From positions 4,743-68,742 of IMG/VR virus record IMGVR_UViG_3300048590_000292: a stretch of 64,000 bases of DNA; one strand, 5' to 3'. The DNA is from a virus. The notes under the pieces were generated by a model. That model was not told where the DNA came from. It saw only the letters and a list, made by a program, of their open reading frames with translations, and ran no database searches. A program made the translations under genes and the position numbers. Positions 54,822-63,705 of the stretch are shown here, one piece after another. Numbering within the stretch: the first letter of the stretch is position 1; each line of letters begins with the position of its first letter.

Positions 54822-55487
54822 TTCCGCTATTTCGTTTCCCGGCAACACAGACGACGTGAAAATAAAGTTCGGATCGGCAATATAACGCGGGTCTGTTTTG
54901 CACAGCCGGATAAATTCGAGGTGTTCATTCCACAGCAGCCCGACTAAACAACCCTCGGAAAATGTACCAACATTGCCGCCGGTATAACCGGGCCGGGTAG
55001 AGTGCTGGTTTATCCCGAAGTACCCAATGTGGATTTTATCGCCGGGGCGCTTCATATCCCGGTTTTTGTCCCGGTGAACTGGAAGCGGCATTACCTGGAC
55101 AAGCGCCTGGTGATTCTTTCCGTTTTTCCGCGTGTTGTGAAAGCCTGCCCGCCATGCCGTGTATTGCCCGAAGGCGATACGCGCCACGCCGCCGCGCTTT
55201 GCCGCATCTGCCGACATTGTACCGGCCCGGCCCGGCTCGGTGGTCGCTACGGCGCAATGAAGCAGCCGGGGCGTATCGCCTACAAAGTCAATCACGCAGC
55301 GTAGGTCGTTCCAAACGTCCGGCGCGTCTACGTTTTGCGTGCCGTCCGGGTTCATTCCCTCTACATAGGCGATGTTAAGTTCGCCTGGGGCGGTAAATAT
55401 TGCGTACCCCTTCGCCCGCATATATCTAAGCAGGCGTTTTGCCAGAATCACGGCGGGCGTATCTGTTTCGGTAGGTTGTAATTCCAT
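54819..55487 (-). CDS. Putative endolysin (Cys/His, L,D-transpeptidase-like motif)
   Basis: GINQH...SEGC (H-x-S-x-G-C); ATTEPG; own TATTTTTG promoter at 55507-55500. Confidence 0.6.
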   Translation of the reverse strand: MELQPTETDTPAVILAKRLLRYMRAKGYAIFTAPGELNIAYVEGMNPDGTQNVDAPDVWNDLRCVIDFVGDTPRLLHCAVATTEPGRAGTMSADAAKRGGVARIAFGQYTAWRAGFHNTRKNGKNHQALVQVMPLPVHRDKNRDMKRPGDKIHIGYFGINQHSTRPGYTGGNVGTFSEGCLVGLLWNEHLEFIRLCKTDPRYIADPNFIFTSSVLPGNEIAE

Positions 55488-55520
55488 GCTTTTTTTGTAC
55501 AAAAATACGGCCATTTTGTG

Positions 55521-55554
55521 CAAAAAGAAACCCGACCTTATCAGGGGTCGGGTT
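55521..55554 (-). terminator. Terminator downstream of the tRNA
   Basis: aacccgacc-cctgataa-ggtcgggtt then tcttttt on the minus strand. Confidence 0.7.
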
Positions 55555-55584
55555 GGCCGCACGGGACTACCGCGCAGGCGGTTG

Positions 55585-55657
55585 TTGCGAGGACGGGACT
55601 TGAACCCGCGTCTAAAGGTTATGAGCCTTTCGAGTTAGCCAACTTCTCTACCGCGCG
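55585..55657 (-). tRNA. tRNA-Met(CAT), initiator-like; CCA not encoded
   Basis: Cloverleaf CGCGCGG..GAGA..ACTC..AAAGG-CTCATAA-CCTTT..GCGGG-TTCAAGT-CCCGT..CCTCGCA-A; TATATTTG promoter immediately upstream. Confidence 0.9.
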
Positions 55658-55850
55658 CCACAAATATACAACTTTGGCAAGGATTTTGCAAGGAAAAAAC
55701 AGACGTCAATGACCCGGTGCAATGCCGGGAAGTCACGGGATGAAATTAGAAACGCCCGGTTTGCAAATGAGCAGGCCGGGCGTTTTTTATGTTTCATATA
55801 GGGGCAAAAAACGCAGGTTTTGTTAATGCTGAAAAATACTTTGCAATTTA

Positions 55851-55882
55851 CTTGCATAGTTCTTGAGTAAGGACTACTTTTG
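55851..55882 (+). promoter_or_regulatory. Promoter at the start of the early region
   Basis: TTGCA upstream box and TACTTTTG at 55875-55882. Confidence 0.6.
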
Positions 55883-55925
55883 TCCTATCAAACGCAATGA
55901 AGCGGGAGAGTAAAAACTAAACGAC

Positions 55926-56150
55926 ATGAAAAATATCACAGTAGTATCCGCAGAATGGAACCCCGATAATCAGGTAATACTGAACATCGCCGATAATTCG
56001 CAAAACCTTCCGGGTTTTTGTGACGCTGGTACAAAGCGCCGCATCATTTTAAATAACATATCTGAAAGCGACGCCACCGCAGCAACCGTTTGCGCAAAAC
56101 TCCGGGAAATGGAATTAAACCCGGTACACGAAAAATTCAACGTCAATTAA
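55926..56150 (+). CDS. Early hypothetical protein
   Basis: First ORF after the promoter; aaacgacATG context. Confidence 0.6.
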   Translation: MKNITVVSAEWNPDNQVILNIADNSQNLPGFCDAGTKRRIILNNISESDATAATVCAKLREMELNPVHEKFNVN

Positions 56151-56159
56151 CAATATCCG

Positions 56160-56204
56160 TAATCGCACCACGCCGCCAACGCGGCACCCGGTTCGCCGGG
56201 GTTG
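56160..56204 (+). repeat. Intergenic two-hairpin repeat A, copy 1 (copy 2 at 56548-56588)
   Basis: taatcgcaccac-gcc(gc)-loop-(gc)ggc-a-cccggTTCGccggg-gttg. Confidence 0.8.
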
Positions 56205-56262
56205 GAATTAACGCCGGGCATTTCGGCAACCTGGCCCAGGTGAAAGGGCGGAAAAAATGAAA
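56205..56262 (+). repeat. Intergenic repeat B, copy 1 (copy 2 at 56830-56885)
   Basis: gaattWacgccgggcattYcggcaacctggcccaggtgaaagggcg...aaaaatgaaa. Confidence 0.8.
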
Positions 56263-56266
56263 CAAG

Positions 56267-56542
56267 ATGGATTTTATAAAGCAATCTGCACAAAACTTAG
56301 TCAATTCCGCCATTGAAAGAGGGAAGAAATGGGAGCCCCAAATCGGGGAGGCCATTCTCGTAAGTAATGGCGAAAGTTGGTCAATATCGTTTTTTACCGG
56401 TCAGACCAGATTGGGATACCATGCCACGCCCTTTTACGTCTTACGGTTTAAACGAGGCTCTGGGAAGCCGTTTAAATTCATTAAAAAATTGTGCCTTCAA
56501 GACTGCGTCAAAGAATTTTGTGCAGTTACGTTTGCTGAATAA
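56267..56542 (+). CDS. Early hypothetical protein
   Basis: Lies between repeat B1 and repeat A2. Confidence 0.6.
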   Translation: MDFIKQSAQNLVNSAIERGKKWEPQIGEAILVSNGESWSISFFTGQTRLGYHATPFYVLRFKRGSGKPFKFIKKLCLQDCVKEFCAVTFAE

Positions 56543-56616
56543 ATATCTAATCGCACCACGCCGCAAGGCACCCGGTTCGCCGGGGTTGAATCTCTTAACA
56601 ATTAAAGTCTGAAAAA

Positions 56617-56826
56617 ATGCACACCACCTTAGTTTTCAAAACCCCCGCTTCCCGCCAAATCCTCTACACCGACCCCGATACGCCTGGCACGCTGGTTGCC
56701 GCCGTAAAGGCCGACAGCAGAACGGGTCTAATATTAGATCAGGTTATCCCAGACGAAAATTTCGTCGATAACGACCTCGAAGAATCTTACCAGATTGCCC
56801 GCGAAATTCGGAGCAAACAAAAATAG
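56617..56826 (+). CDS. Early hypothetical protein
   Basis: Lies between repeat A2 and repeat B2. Confidence 0.6.
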   Translation: MHTTLVFKTPASRQILYTDPDTPGTLVAAVKADSRTGLILDQVIPDENFVDNDLEESYQIAREIRSKQK

Positions 56827-56891
56827 GATGAATTTACGCCGGGCATTCCGGCAACCTGGCCCAGGTGAAAGGGCGAAAAATGAAATGAAAA

Positions 56892-57080
56892 ATGTATAAA
56901 GTATTTATCGTTACTATGAGATCGGATTCAGTCCGAGACGGCCATGTTCCGTCAGCAAAAGCCCTTATTCCGGGCATAAATATGGACGATGTGCTTGGAA
57001 GGTTTGCTATGCATATCGAAACGATCCAACAATCAGTATTCCAGAATACTGATAATGAAGCAATAAAATGGATAGCATAA
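56892..57080 (+). CDS. Early hypothetical protein
   Basis: Follows repeat B2. Confidence 0.5.
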   Translation: MYKVFIVTMRSDSVRDGHVPSAKALIPGINMDDVLGRFAMHIETIQQSVFQNTDNEAIKWIA

Positions 57081-57559
57081 CCCGCTACTACCTCACCCGC
57101 CAACACCCCAATCAGCGCTACACGCTCTCCACGCGCCGCCTGTCCACCGGTGAAAACATAGGCCCGTTCGCGGATTACGAAGAAGCGAAAGAAGCGCAAA
57201 AGGGCATTAACGCTACTTATCCGCCCCGGCCCCGGCGCGCCAAGCCGGACACGCCAGCCCCGCAACCAAAACGGCTGCTCACCCGCACCGAGTTCGGCGA
57301 AGCGGTGTACAATATCGTTAAGGCCGAAATTGAAAGCAGGGGGTTTTCCCTGTGGGTTGAAAATTTCGACCAGGATTACCCCTGTTCGCTTCGCACCATC
57401 TGGAATATACGAAAGGGGATATTCGACATTGAAACCGTAAAAAAGTTGCCGGGAATCCGGGTGGAGGAGCGGTTTGCGATTGAAGCGACAAAAGTGGTTG
57501 ACGAACATGGTTTAGCAGAATCAGATTATTACACCGGCGTTACTTATCCAAACGGATAA
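57068..57559 (+). CDS. Hypothetical protein with a possible C-terminal HTH
   Basis: CSLRTIWNIRKG resembles an XRE recognition helix. Confidence 0.45.
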   Translation: MDSITRYYLTRQHPNQRYTLSTRRLSTGENIGPFADYEEAKEAQKGINATYPPRPRRAKPDTPAPQPKRLLTRTEFGEAVYNIVKAEIESRGFSLWVENFDQDYPCSLRTIWNIRKGIFDIETVKKLPGIRVEERFAIEATKVVDEHGLAESDYYTGVTYPNG

Positions 57560-57577
57560 TAAAACAGCCCGTTTAAA

Positions 57578-57618
57578 ATAAGAAAAGCCCCGGCGTAGTG
57601 CCGGGGCTTTTCTTATTA
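57578..57618. terminator. Bidirectional terminator
   Basis: aataagaaaagccccggc-gtagt-gccggggcttttcttatt, perfect stem. Confidence 0.85.
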
Positions 57619-57634
57619 CAGGCCCAAAACCCGC

Positions 57635-58027
57635 CTACTCATCCGTTTCTGGCGCAATCTTCTCATTCAGGTACGTGTTAACGTCCGACGCATTTTGTCC
57701 GGCATCCAACACCCCCAAAAACAACTCCGTAGCAGCGGCGGTCTTTTCGGGTGAATCGCTTTTTACAATCTTCCCGACTGCCGTTTCCAGTTTGGCCCGG
57801 TTTGCGCCGTCCAATTTGGCGTCGTCGAAAATATCGGCAAGCGTAACCAAGCCGCTGGCGACCTCAACAAAATCGGCATCGGGTTCGAGTGCCAGAAAAC
57901 CGACGCGGGCGCGTTCGAGGCGAAGCGTGGCGAGCATCAGCGATTCAATAGCGCCCTCGGCGGTATCGTTGCTAATGTCAAATTTCTCAAAAATGAGGTT
58001 AAGCAGTTGTTGATCTAAATCTTCCAT
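57635..58027 (-). CDS. Acidic helical hypothetical protein (stand-alone moron)
   Basis: MEDLDQQLL...; own TATATTTG promoter (58070-58063) and terminator. Confidence 0.7.
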   Translation of the reverse strand: MEDLDQQLLNLIFEKFDISNDTAEGAIESLMLATLRLERARVGFLALEPDADFVEVASGLVTLADIFDDAKLDGANRAKLETAVGKIVKSDSPEKTAAATELFLGVLDAGQNASDVNTYLNEKIAPETDE

Positions 58028-58201
58028 AGTTTTAATTTTAGGAGTGAGATAACGAATAAATGCAAATATAATCCTTAGTAGCCGCCCGTCGGCATAAAGC
58101 AGTGCATTAACTTTAATCGCATTCCAGACGGCCATTTTCCCACAAATTTAACCCGTTTATGGTAGTCGAATGTTAAATTTTCATTCCCTCTAAAAATAAC
58201 G

Positions 58202-58257
58202 GTACAAATATTAGGATTACATTTGTGTTTAGTGCATCTTTGTGGAGTAATTAAAAA
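58202..58257 (+). promoter_or_regulatory. Duplicated early promoter module (second copy 62309-62364)
   Basis: gtacaaatatt.ggat...attt.tgttta.tgcatctttgtggagtaattaaaaa occurs twice. Confidence 0.75.
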
Positions 58258-58280
58258 TGAACATTAAAAATTTAAACGAC

Positions 58281-58553
58281 ATGAGAATTGAATCCGTCGA
58301 ACAATTATGGGACGTTCTGCCCGAAGTTTTCCAGAACCACACGCAAAAACACGAAGACCAACTTCCAACAGTAAGTTTTGATGCGCTTACGCAAGAGTTC
58401 AATACAGCCGCAAATTTGTACAACGGTGAGACGCCAACAGAAAATTACGTGCCAGCGTATTACGGCTGCGGCATAATTGCCCGGGCACTTGCAATAGCAC
58501 ACGAAGACGGGCATGATATAGGTAATATATTTAATAACATTCCGAGATATTAA
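58281..58553 (+). CDS. Early hypothetical protein
   Basis: aaacgacATG start. Confidence 0.6.
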   Translation: MRIESVEQLWDVLPEVFQNHTQKHEDQLPTVSFDALTQEFNTAANLYNGETPTENYVPAYYGCGIIARALAIAHEDGHDIGNIFNNIPRY

Positions 58554-58555
58554 AC

Positions 58556-58882
58556 ATGAAACAGGAGGTCAATCACAGCGAACTTTTCCGCCTGGCCAAT
58601 CGCCGCGCAGCCGACCTTATCGCATACGACAAGCGCCCGGCCACTTTCCGGTATAACCCGGTAACGCGGAAAAACGAACCGCGCACTTTCAAATCGCGTA
58701 CTATCACCCGCGCACAGGCGCTTTCGCAGGCGTTCCGGGAAATGTACACAAAATATACCGTAGTCGTTTCTGTCTCCGCGCAGGAGCAACTGCAGCGCGA
58801 AACATCCCGGCGCGAATGGGATGAAATTCAAAACTTCCAATCGCATTCGGTCTGGAACCGGGGCGGGCGGACAAATGATTAG
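58556..58882 (+). CDS. Early hypothetical basic protein
   Basis: Coupled ORF. Confidence 0.6.
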   Translation: MKQEVNHSELFRLANRRAADLIAYDKRPATFRYNPVTRKNEPRTFKSRTITRAQALSQAFREMYTKYTVVVSVSAQEQLQRETSRREWDEIQNFQSHSVWNRGGRTND

Positions 58883-58885
58883 GGC

Positions 58886-59185
58886 GTGAAAGATTTATTT
58901 TACTCACCAAACGAGCAATTGCTATTTTGGGTTGCCGGATATACAGCAGACGGTAGCACAGACAATGTGCTGCAAATGATCAAATCATTGAAAAAATACG
59001 CTGGATTATTTGCAAAGGAGATAGGGGTTAAAATTGACCAAGTTGAAACGTACTATGTCCTAAAGTCAAGGCGCTATAAGTACATGCGCATTTTTTATGC
59101 CAAAGTAGAGCCTGAAAAAGTAGGCGCGGATGTGTTCACGTTCTTAAATTCAGATTGGACAATGCTTAAATGGCTTACAGATTGA
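58886..59185 (+). CDS. Early hypothetical protein
   Basis: Coupled ORF. Confidence 0.6.
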   Translation: MKDLFYSPNEQLLFWVAGYTADGSTDNVLQMIKSLKKYAGLFAKEIGVKIDQVETYYVLKSRRYKYMRIFYAKVEPEKVGADVFTFLNSDWTMLKWLTD

Positions 59186-59187
59186 CC

Positions 59188-59385
59188 ATGACCAACCTCG
59201 ACCGCAAAGCAACCTGTTGCCGTTCCGACCTTCGCTTCCTGCTCTCCCTGCTGGAAGATTCGCCGCACCGGGAAAAAGTGCAGGGCCGTTTGCTCCAAAT
59301 TCAGGGAAGCCCAACAAACGAACAACTAACGGCGGCATGGAATATGGCCGCAATTATTCACGAACAAATAAGGAAGCAAAAATGA
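59188..59385 (+). CDS. Early hypothetical protein
   Basis: Starts MTNLDRK at 59188. Confidence 0.55.
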   Translation: MTNLDRKATCCRSDLRFLLSLLEDSPHREKVQGRLLQIQGSPTNEQLTAAWNMAAIIHEQIRKQK

Positions 59386-59759
59386 AAGATCAAACCTACT
59401 ACATACCGGCCTTAGTCGTCGGTCGGGTAATGGAAAAGCGGGCAAAAGACCCGCGCATGGGGAAAAACAAGCCCCCGTTACGGGCCGCTTACGTCCACCT
59501 ACTACGCACCGGATTGGAACGTCTTAATGATTGGGATTTTTGGTGCGTTGTTATGTCGAACATTATCCGGGTTGACACAAACGACAAAGACTGTTGGCAG
59601 AAAACAAACCTGCCAGTTCCCGCCGAACTTCACGCGCAACTAAAAGAGGTTGCCGAATTTGAAGAGCGCCGGTTGTACGATTTTGCGCACTGCCTATTTT
59701 TGGAGGCGGAAAAAGAGTTTTCATACGATCAAATTCAATCAGTAACCAAACAAAAGTAG
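59382..59759 (+). CDS. Putative tandem ribbon-helix-helix regulator
   Basis: QTYYIPALV... and KTNLPVPAELHAQLKEVA...LYDFAH RHH-like units. Confidence 0.45.
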   Translation: MKDQTYYIPALVVGRVMEKRAKDPRMGKNKPPLRAAYVHLLRTGLERLNDWDFWCVVMSNIIRVDTNDKDCWQKTNLPVPAELHAQLKEVAEFEERRLYDFAHCLFLEAEKEFSYDQIQSVTKQK

Positions 59760-59763
59760 AACG

Positions 59764-60543
59764 ATGCAAAACGAAATCATTGCCGCCGGGCAAGTAACAC
59801 CCGACCAAATCCAAACCCTGGCACAGGCCGGGGTCATTCCTTTTGATACGCCGCCTGCCATGCTGGAGGTATTCTCGCACGCCTGCAAACAGCACAACCT
59901 TTCCCCGTTCAAAAAGGAAATATACTTAGTGAAGTATAATTCCAACCAGGGCGCGCAATATCATACTATTGTCGGTATCGACGGTTTCCGCGTCAAAGCA
60001 GCCCGTACCGGGCAAAATGCCGGGGTAGATGACCCGAAGTACAACGTTCAATCAAACGGCCAATTCGAGACGGCTGGCATGGTTAAGGCGTCCGGGAAAC
60101 TTCCTATTTCTTGCACCATGACCGTGTACCGGCTAATTGGTGGGCAGCGTTGCCCATTCACCGCTACCGTGATTTTCGATGAATACTATCCGGCAGTGGC
60201 AAGCGGTAAAGGGGGCTTTTCAAAAGCCGCCGTAATGCCGTTCAATATGATCGCCAAATGCGCCGAAGCCAAAGCCCTGAAAATGGCTTTTTCGGATGAA
60301 CTTGCCGGACTTCACATTGAAGAAGAATCCGCCGCATTCGAGGATACCACAATTGCAGCCGCCGAAATTAAGCCCGCTGTTGCCATAGAACCGGCAGCAT
60401 TGCAGGCAAAAATAAAGGCGTGTGAAACGGTTGAGGCGCTTGCGCTGCTCTACAACACAAATCCGGCCTACAAAGAGTTTGCCGAATTTTTCACCGACCG
60501 CAAATTTGAGATTGACCCCGAATCTATGCACCGACAAAAATAG
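59764..60543 (+). CDS. bet: RecT/Bet-family single-strand annealing protein
   Basis: LSPFKKEIYLVKY, VGIDGFRVKAARTG, MP..MIAKCAEAKALKMAF. Confidence 0.85.
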   Translation: MQNEIIAAGQVTPDQIQTLAQAGVIPFDTPPAMLEVFSHACKQHNLSPFKKEIYLVKYNSNQGAQYHTIVGIDGFRVKAARTGQNAGVDDPKYNVQSNGQFETAGMVKASGKLPISCTMTVYRLIGGQRCPFTATVIFDEYYPAVASGKGGFSKAAVMPFNMIAKCAEAKALKMAFSDELAGLHIEEESAAFEDTTIAAAEIKPAVAIEPAALQAKIKACETVEALALLYNTNPAYKEFAEFFTDRKFEIDPESMHRQK

Positions 60544-60551
60544 GCCGCAAA

Positions 60552-61370
60552 ATGAGCAATCTAATTTCGCACTTATCATTTACGCGGCTTAAAAACCTGG
60601 CTCTTTGCCCGCTGGCATTGAAAAATTACATTGAAACGCCGTCATCTTCAAAAGCAATGGATGACGGCACCCTGTTAGACTGTATTGTTTTTGAACCGCA
60701 AAAATTCGACGAAAAGTTTTTTATTGTCCCGGATGACGCGCCAAAAAAGCCAACAAAGGCGCAGAGAAACGCCAAAAAACCGAAGCCTGAAACGTTGATG
60801 CAGATACTAAAGTGGGACGAAATTCAGGCGCAGGTAAACGGGCGAATAATAGTAACAAGCGAAGAAAAAGAAGAAGCGGAATATTTAAAGCGGTGCATTG
60901 AAAATTCGTCTACCGTAGTTTATAACGGCCTTATGGTTCCTTTTGACGGGCAAATTGGGTTTAATTTTCAGGCAGAAACAAAATTCTTTTACAACGGGTT
61001 TTTTCACAAAGGCATTAAAGACGCCGACGGTTACGACCGCAACGGCAACCGGGTAATTTGGGATTTAAAGCGCATGGGCGCTCGTTCCGGGGAGAGCCTT
61101 GTACGTTCGCAGATTCGGAATAACAAGTACGATTTACAGGCCGCTATCTACTGCCATGAGTTCGACAGCGTGAACGAGCCGGTACGGTATTACATAATTG
61201 CCGTAGACAATGACGGCTATGTGACGCCGTTTGAGGTCACGAAAGACGCCCGAAACAAGGCGCGAATCGAATGGAATATGCTGGTTAAAGCGGCGCATCG
61301 CTGCAATATGGAGGGTTTAGACGCCGGGCCGGAGTTTTGGGCAGACGGAAACGGATTTTTTTACTTTTAA
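60552..61370 (+). CDS. PD-(D/E)XK exonuclease (RecE/ExoVIII C-terminal-like)
   Basis: SKAMDDGT, KG..D, WDLK, YDLQAAIY; adjacent to Bet. Confidence 0.8.
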   Translation: MSNLISHLSFTRLKNLALCPLALKNYIETPSSSKAMDDGTLLDCIVFEPQKFDEKFFIVPDDAPKKPTKAQRNAKKPKPETLMQILKWDEIQAQVNGRIIVTSEEKEEAEYLKRCIENSSTVVYNGLMVPFDGQIGFNFQAETKFFYNGFFHKGIKDADGYDRNGNRVIWDLKRMGARSGESLVRSQIRNNKYDLQAAIYCHEFDSVNEPVRYYIIAVDNDGYVTPFEVTKDARNKARIEWNMLVKAAHRCNMEGLDAGPEFWADGNGFFYF

Positions 61371-61381
61371 AACGAAACAAA

Positions 61382-61828
61382 ATGAGCGAGACAAAATTTA
61401 CGCCTGGGCCTTGGGTAAAGAATTGGACGGCTCCATACAACGTTTCAGGTCAGGGCGGCAGTCAAATCGCAACCGTGCATTTTTTTTCTAATGAAGAATG
61501 TCAAGGGAACGCCGACCTTATTGCCGCCGCCCCGGAGTTGTACGAGGCGCTGGAAAACGCCTTAGACCGACTTGATGACATAAGTATCTATTATAACATA
61601 GATTTATCCGAGGAAATAAAAGCCGCAAACGCCGCTCTCGCCAAAGCGCGGGGCGAAAAAGCCGAAAAGGACGACAACGCCGCGTTAACTGCCGAAAACG
61701 CGCAACTTCGCACCGCATTGGAAAATATCATGCCGCACGTTGAACTGTTCGTACCGCAGGACGGCAAATATGGGCGGGCCGAAAAAGACATCGCCGCAGC
61801 GTACGCAGCCCTCGGCAAAGAAAAATAA
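61382..61828 (+). CDS. Hypothetical phage protein (FTPGPW...NADLIAAAPELYEAL family)
   Basis: Widespread phage motif. Confidence 0.75.
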   Translation: MSETKFTPGPWVKNWTAPYNVSGQGGSQIATVHFFSNEECQGNADLIAAAPELYEALENALDRLDDISIYYNIDLSEEIKAANAALAKARGEKAEKDDNAALTAENAQLRTALENIMPHVELFVPQDGKYGRAEKDIAAAYAALGKEK

Positions 61829-61911
61829 TCGGTTTATTATGGGATGATAGCCGCCTCGCTGGAAAGTGTGGGCGGTTTTAAAAAGAACTTTCACTTTAAA
61901 AATAAAACAAG

Positions 61912-62214
61912 ATGTCAGAAATTCAAGAAAACAAACAAAAGTATGCGTTCAATCACGAATCAGAAGGCGTACACGACGGCATAGGTATTCCACAGCCGCG
62001 ATTCGATGAAATTATTGACGTAGCAAGAGAAGCCTACCGCAAGTCAAAGGATACGGTACACGCGATGGAATATGCGATGAATAAAATAGACCCGAATCTT
62101 GTCGAGGCATTGGCGATTGGCTACTCAATTGGCATTATTCATGCGACAATTGGCGCGGCCTTAGCCGACAACCCACTTGCCGCACTTTTGCGCCAAATGA
62201 ATGGGGGCGAATAA
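61912..62214 (+). CDS. Hypothetical protein
   Basis: Flanked by terminator-like hairpins. Confidence 0.65.
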   Translation: MSEIQENKQKYAFNHESEGVHDGIGIPQPRFDEIIDVAREAYRKSKDTVHAMEYAMNKIDPNLVEALAIGYSIGIIHATIGAALADNPLAALLRQMNGGE

Positions 62215-62230
62215 TCACCGACATTACACA

Positions 62231-62266
62231 AAAAAACCGCCTGGTATCACGCCGGGCGGTTTTTTT
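62231..62266. terminator. Bidirectional terminator
   Basis: aaaaaaccgcctgg-tatcacg-ccgggcggtttttt. Confidence 0.75.
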
Positions 62267-62373
62267 ATACCCAAATCAAAGTATTTTTATCTTTCCTGAA
62301 AAATAGTTGTACAAATATTTGGATGGTATTTATGTTTACTGCATCTTTGTGGAGTAATTAAAAAGGAAACGAT

Positions 62374-62700
62374 ATGAAATACGGACAATCGATTAAATCA
62401 CACGCCCCGCAAACCACGCCGATAGGCGATCTTCTGAAAGGTATTCAATCCGGGGAGTTTTACACCCACGCATATGACGCCTTTAAATACAACGGGTTTA
62501 CACATGCCGTTGTCGGGTTTGCGGTTTGCAAGGTGATTGGTATCAACTTAGACTACCGTTACAGCGTACAAACCGTAACAATTCCGACAGGCCAAAAAGG
62601 CAACATTTCCGAGTTTGCCGGGAAATCCGTTGACATTGTTTTGACGGTTATCTCGAAAGGCTCCCCACAGATTGCAATGTGGATAAAAGAGCATAACTAA
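62374..62700 (+). CDS. Early hypothetical protein
   Basis: Follows the duplicated promoter. Confidence 0.65.
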   Translation: MKYGQSIKSHAPQTTPIGDLLKGIQSGEFYTHAYDAFKYNGFTHAVVGFAVCKVIGINLDYRYSVQTVTIPTGQKGNISEFAGKSVDIVLTVISKGSPQIAMWIKEHN

Positions 62701-62748
62701 ACATACTCACCGCCGCCTGCCACCCGGCATGCGGCGCAACGCAAGACA

Positions 62749-63705
62749 ATGACCATTCGCAAAATATCCACCGCCCTCGGCTACCGCAACACCGACCAGG
62801 TTGTGCGGGCATGGAACAAACAAGGCTTCGGCGATCACCCCGGCCTCGACACGGTTCTGCCGAAAGAACAGGCCGAAACGCTACTTTCTTTTTTGTCCGT
62901 GCCTACAACGCGGCGCAAGGGGTTGACGGTAGATTCAGCCGCTACCCTCTTAGCGCAGTTCCGCGCAGGCCAACACCAAAACGGCCACAGCGAGCCGATC
63001 ACGGCCACAGCGCCGGTAATGGCAGCGGCGCAACCAAAGCAGACACAACCCCGGACGCGCACCCAAAAACAGCCGGACGCGCAAGCGATCACGCCGGAGC
63101 CGGTAAAGCGGTTCAAATGGCCGCAAATCGGTATGCTCGACATTGTGTACCTGTCCACCATCGCCACCGCCGTCTACGGCCTTTGGTTCACGCTTAGAGA
63201 GATGGGGGCAGCCTTCGCCGTGCCGTACTGCCTTATTTCCTGGCACGCATTACGCATGGCGAAAAACCCGGCGTCCCGTTCGACGGCACAGGTAGGTATC
63301 GCCGCCGTTGTGGTGCTGGAAGTGTTGACGTTTTTTGTCCACTTGGTACTGTTCAACCTTCGGACGGTGCAAGCCGCAAAGGCCGGGGTGTTGCCGTTCG
63401 AGTATTCGTTTTACGGTTCGCTCGAAATGCCGTTCGTCATCGCCTGCATTTTGGCCGGATTGTTTTCAGCCGCCGGGATTTATGCCGTATCGGTCACGTT
63501 CTTAGGCACCTCCGAAAAACACGCCGCCGCCGAAAAGGCAAAACGAGATGCCGCAAAACAGGCCGCGCACGTTGCAGAATTGCGTGCAGCCCTGAAAGAT
63601 GCCGCTGACAATTGGCAAATAGCCGCCGGGTCAAAGTATCACAACGCAGCAAAGGCGGGAGTATTGGCGGAAAAATATTATTCACTTTTAAATAAAACGA
63701 AATGA
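62749..63705 (+). CDS. Membrane protein with N-terminal HTH-like domain and about four TM segments
   Basis: [18 protein letters not shown]; Pro/Gln linker; hydrophobic helices. Confidence 0.65.
   Translation: MTIRKISTALGYRNTDQVVRAWNKQGFGDHPGLDTVLPKEQAETLLSFLSVPTTRRKGLTVDSAATLLAQFRAGQHQNGHSEPITATAPVMAAAQPKQTQPRTRTQKQPDAQAITPEPVKRFKWPQIGMLDIVYLSTIATAVYGLWFTLREMGAAFAVPYCLISWHALRMAKNPASRSTAQVGIAAVVVLEVLTFFVHLVLFNLRTVQAAKAGVLPFEYSFYGSLEMPFVIACILAGLFSAAGIYAVSVTFLGTSEKHAAAEKAKRDAAKQAAHVAELRAALKDAADNWQIAAGSKYHNAAKAGVLAEKYYSLLNKTK

Noticed and set aside
55521-55584. HDV-like (theta) ribozyme in the tRNA 3' trailer
   Set aside because: I could only build a short hairpin and a terminator, not the nested double pseudoknot.
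55585-55657. tRNA as a prophage attachment site
   Set aside because: Phage genes lie on both sides, no duplicated tRNA 3' end was noticed, and no integrase is present in the window.
56160-56885. Repeats A and B as a mini-CRISPR
   Set aside because: Only two copies each, separated by whole genes rather than 30-40-nt spacers; no cas genes.
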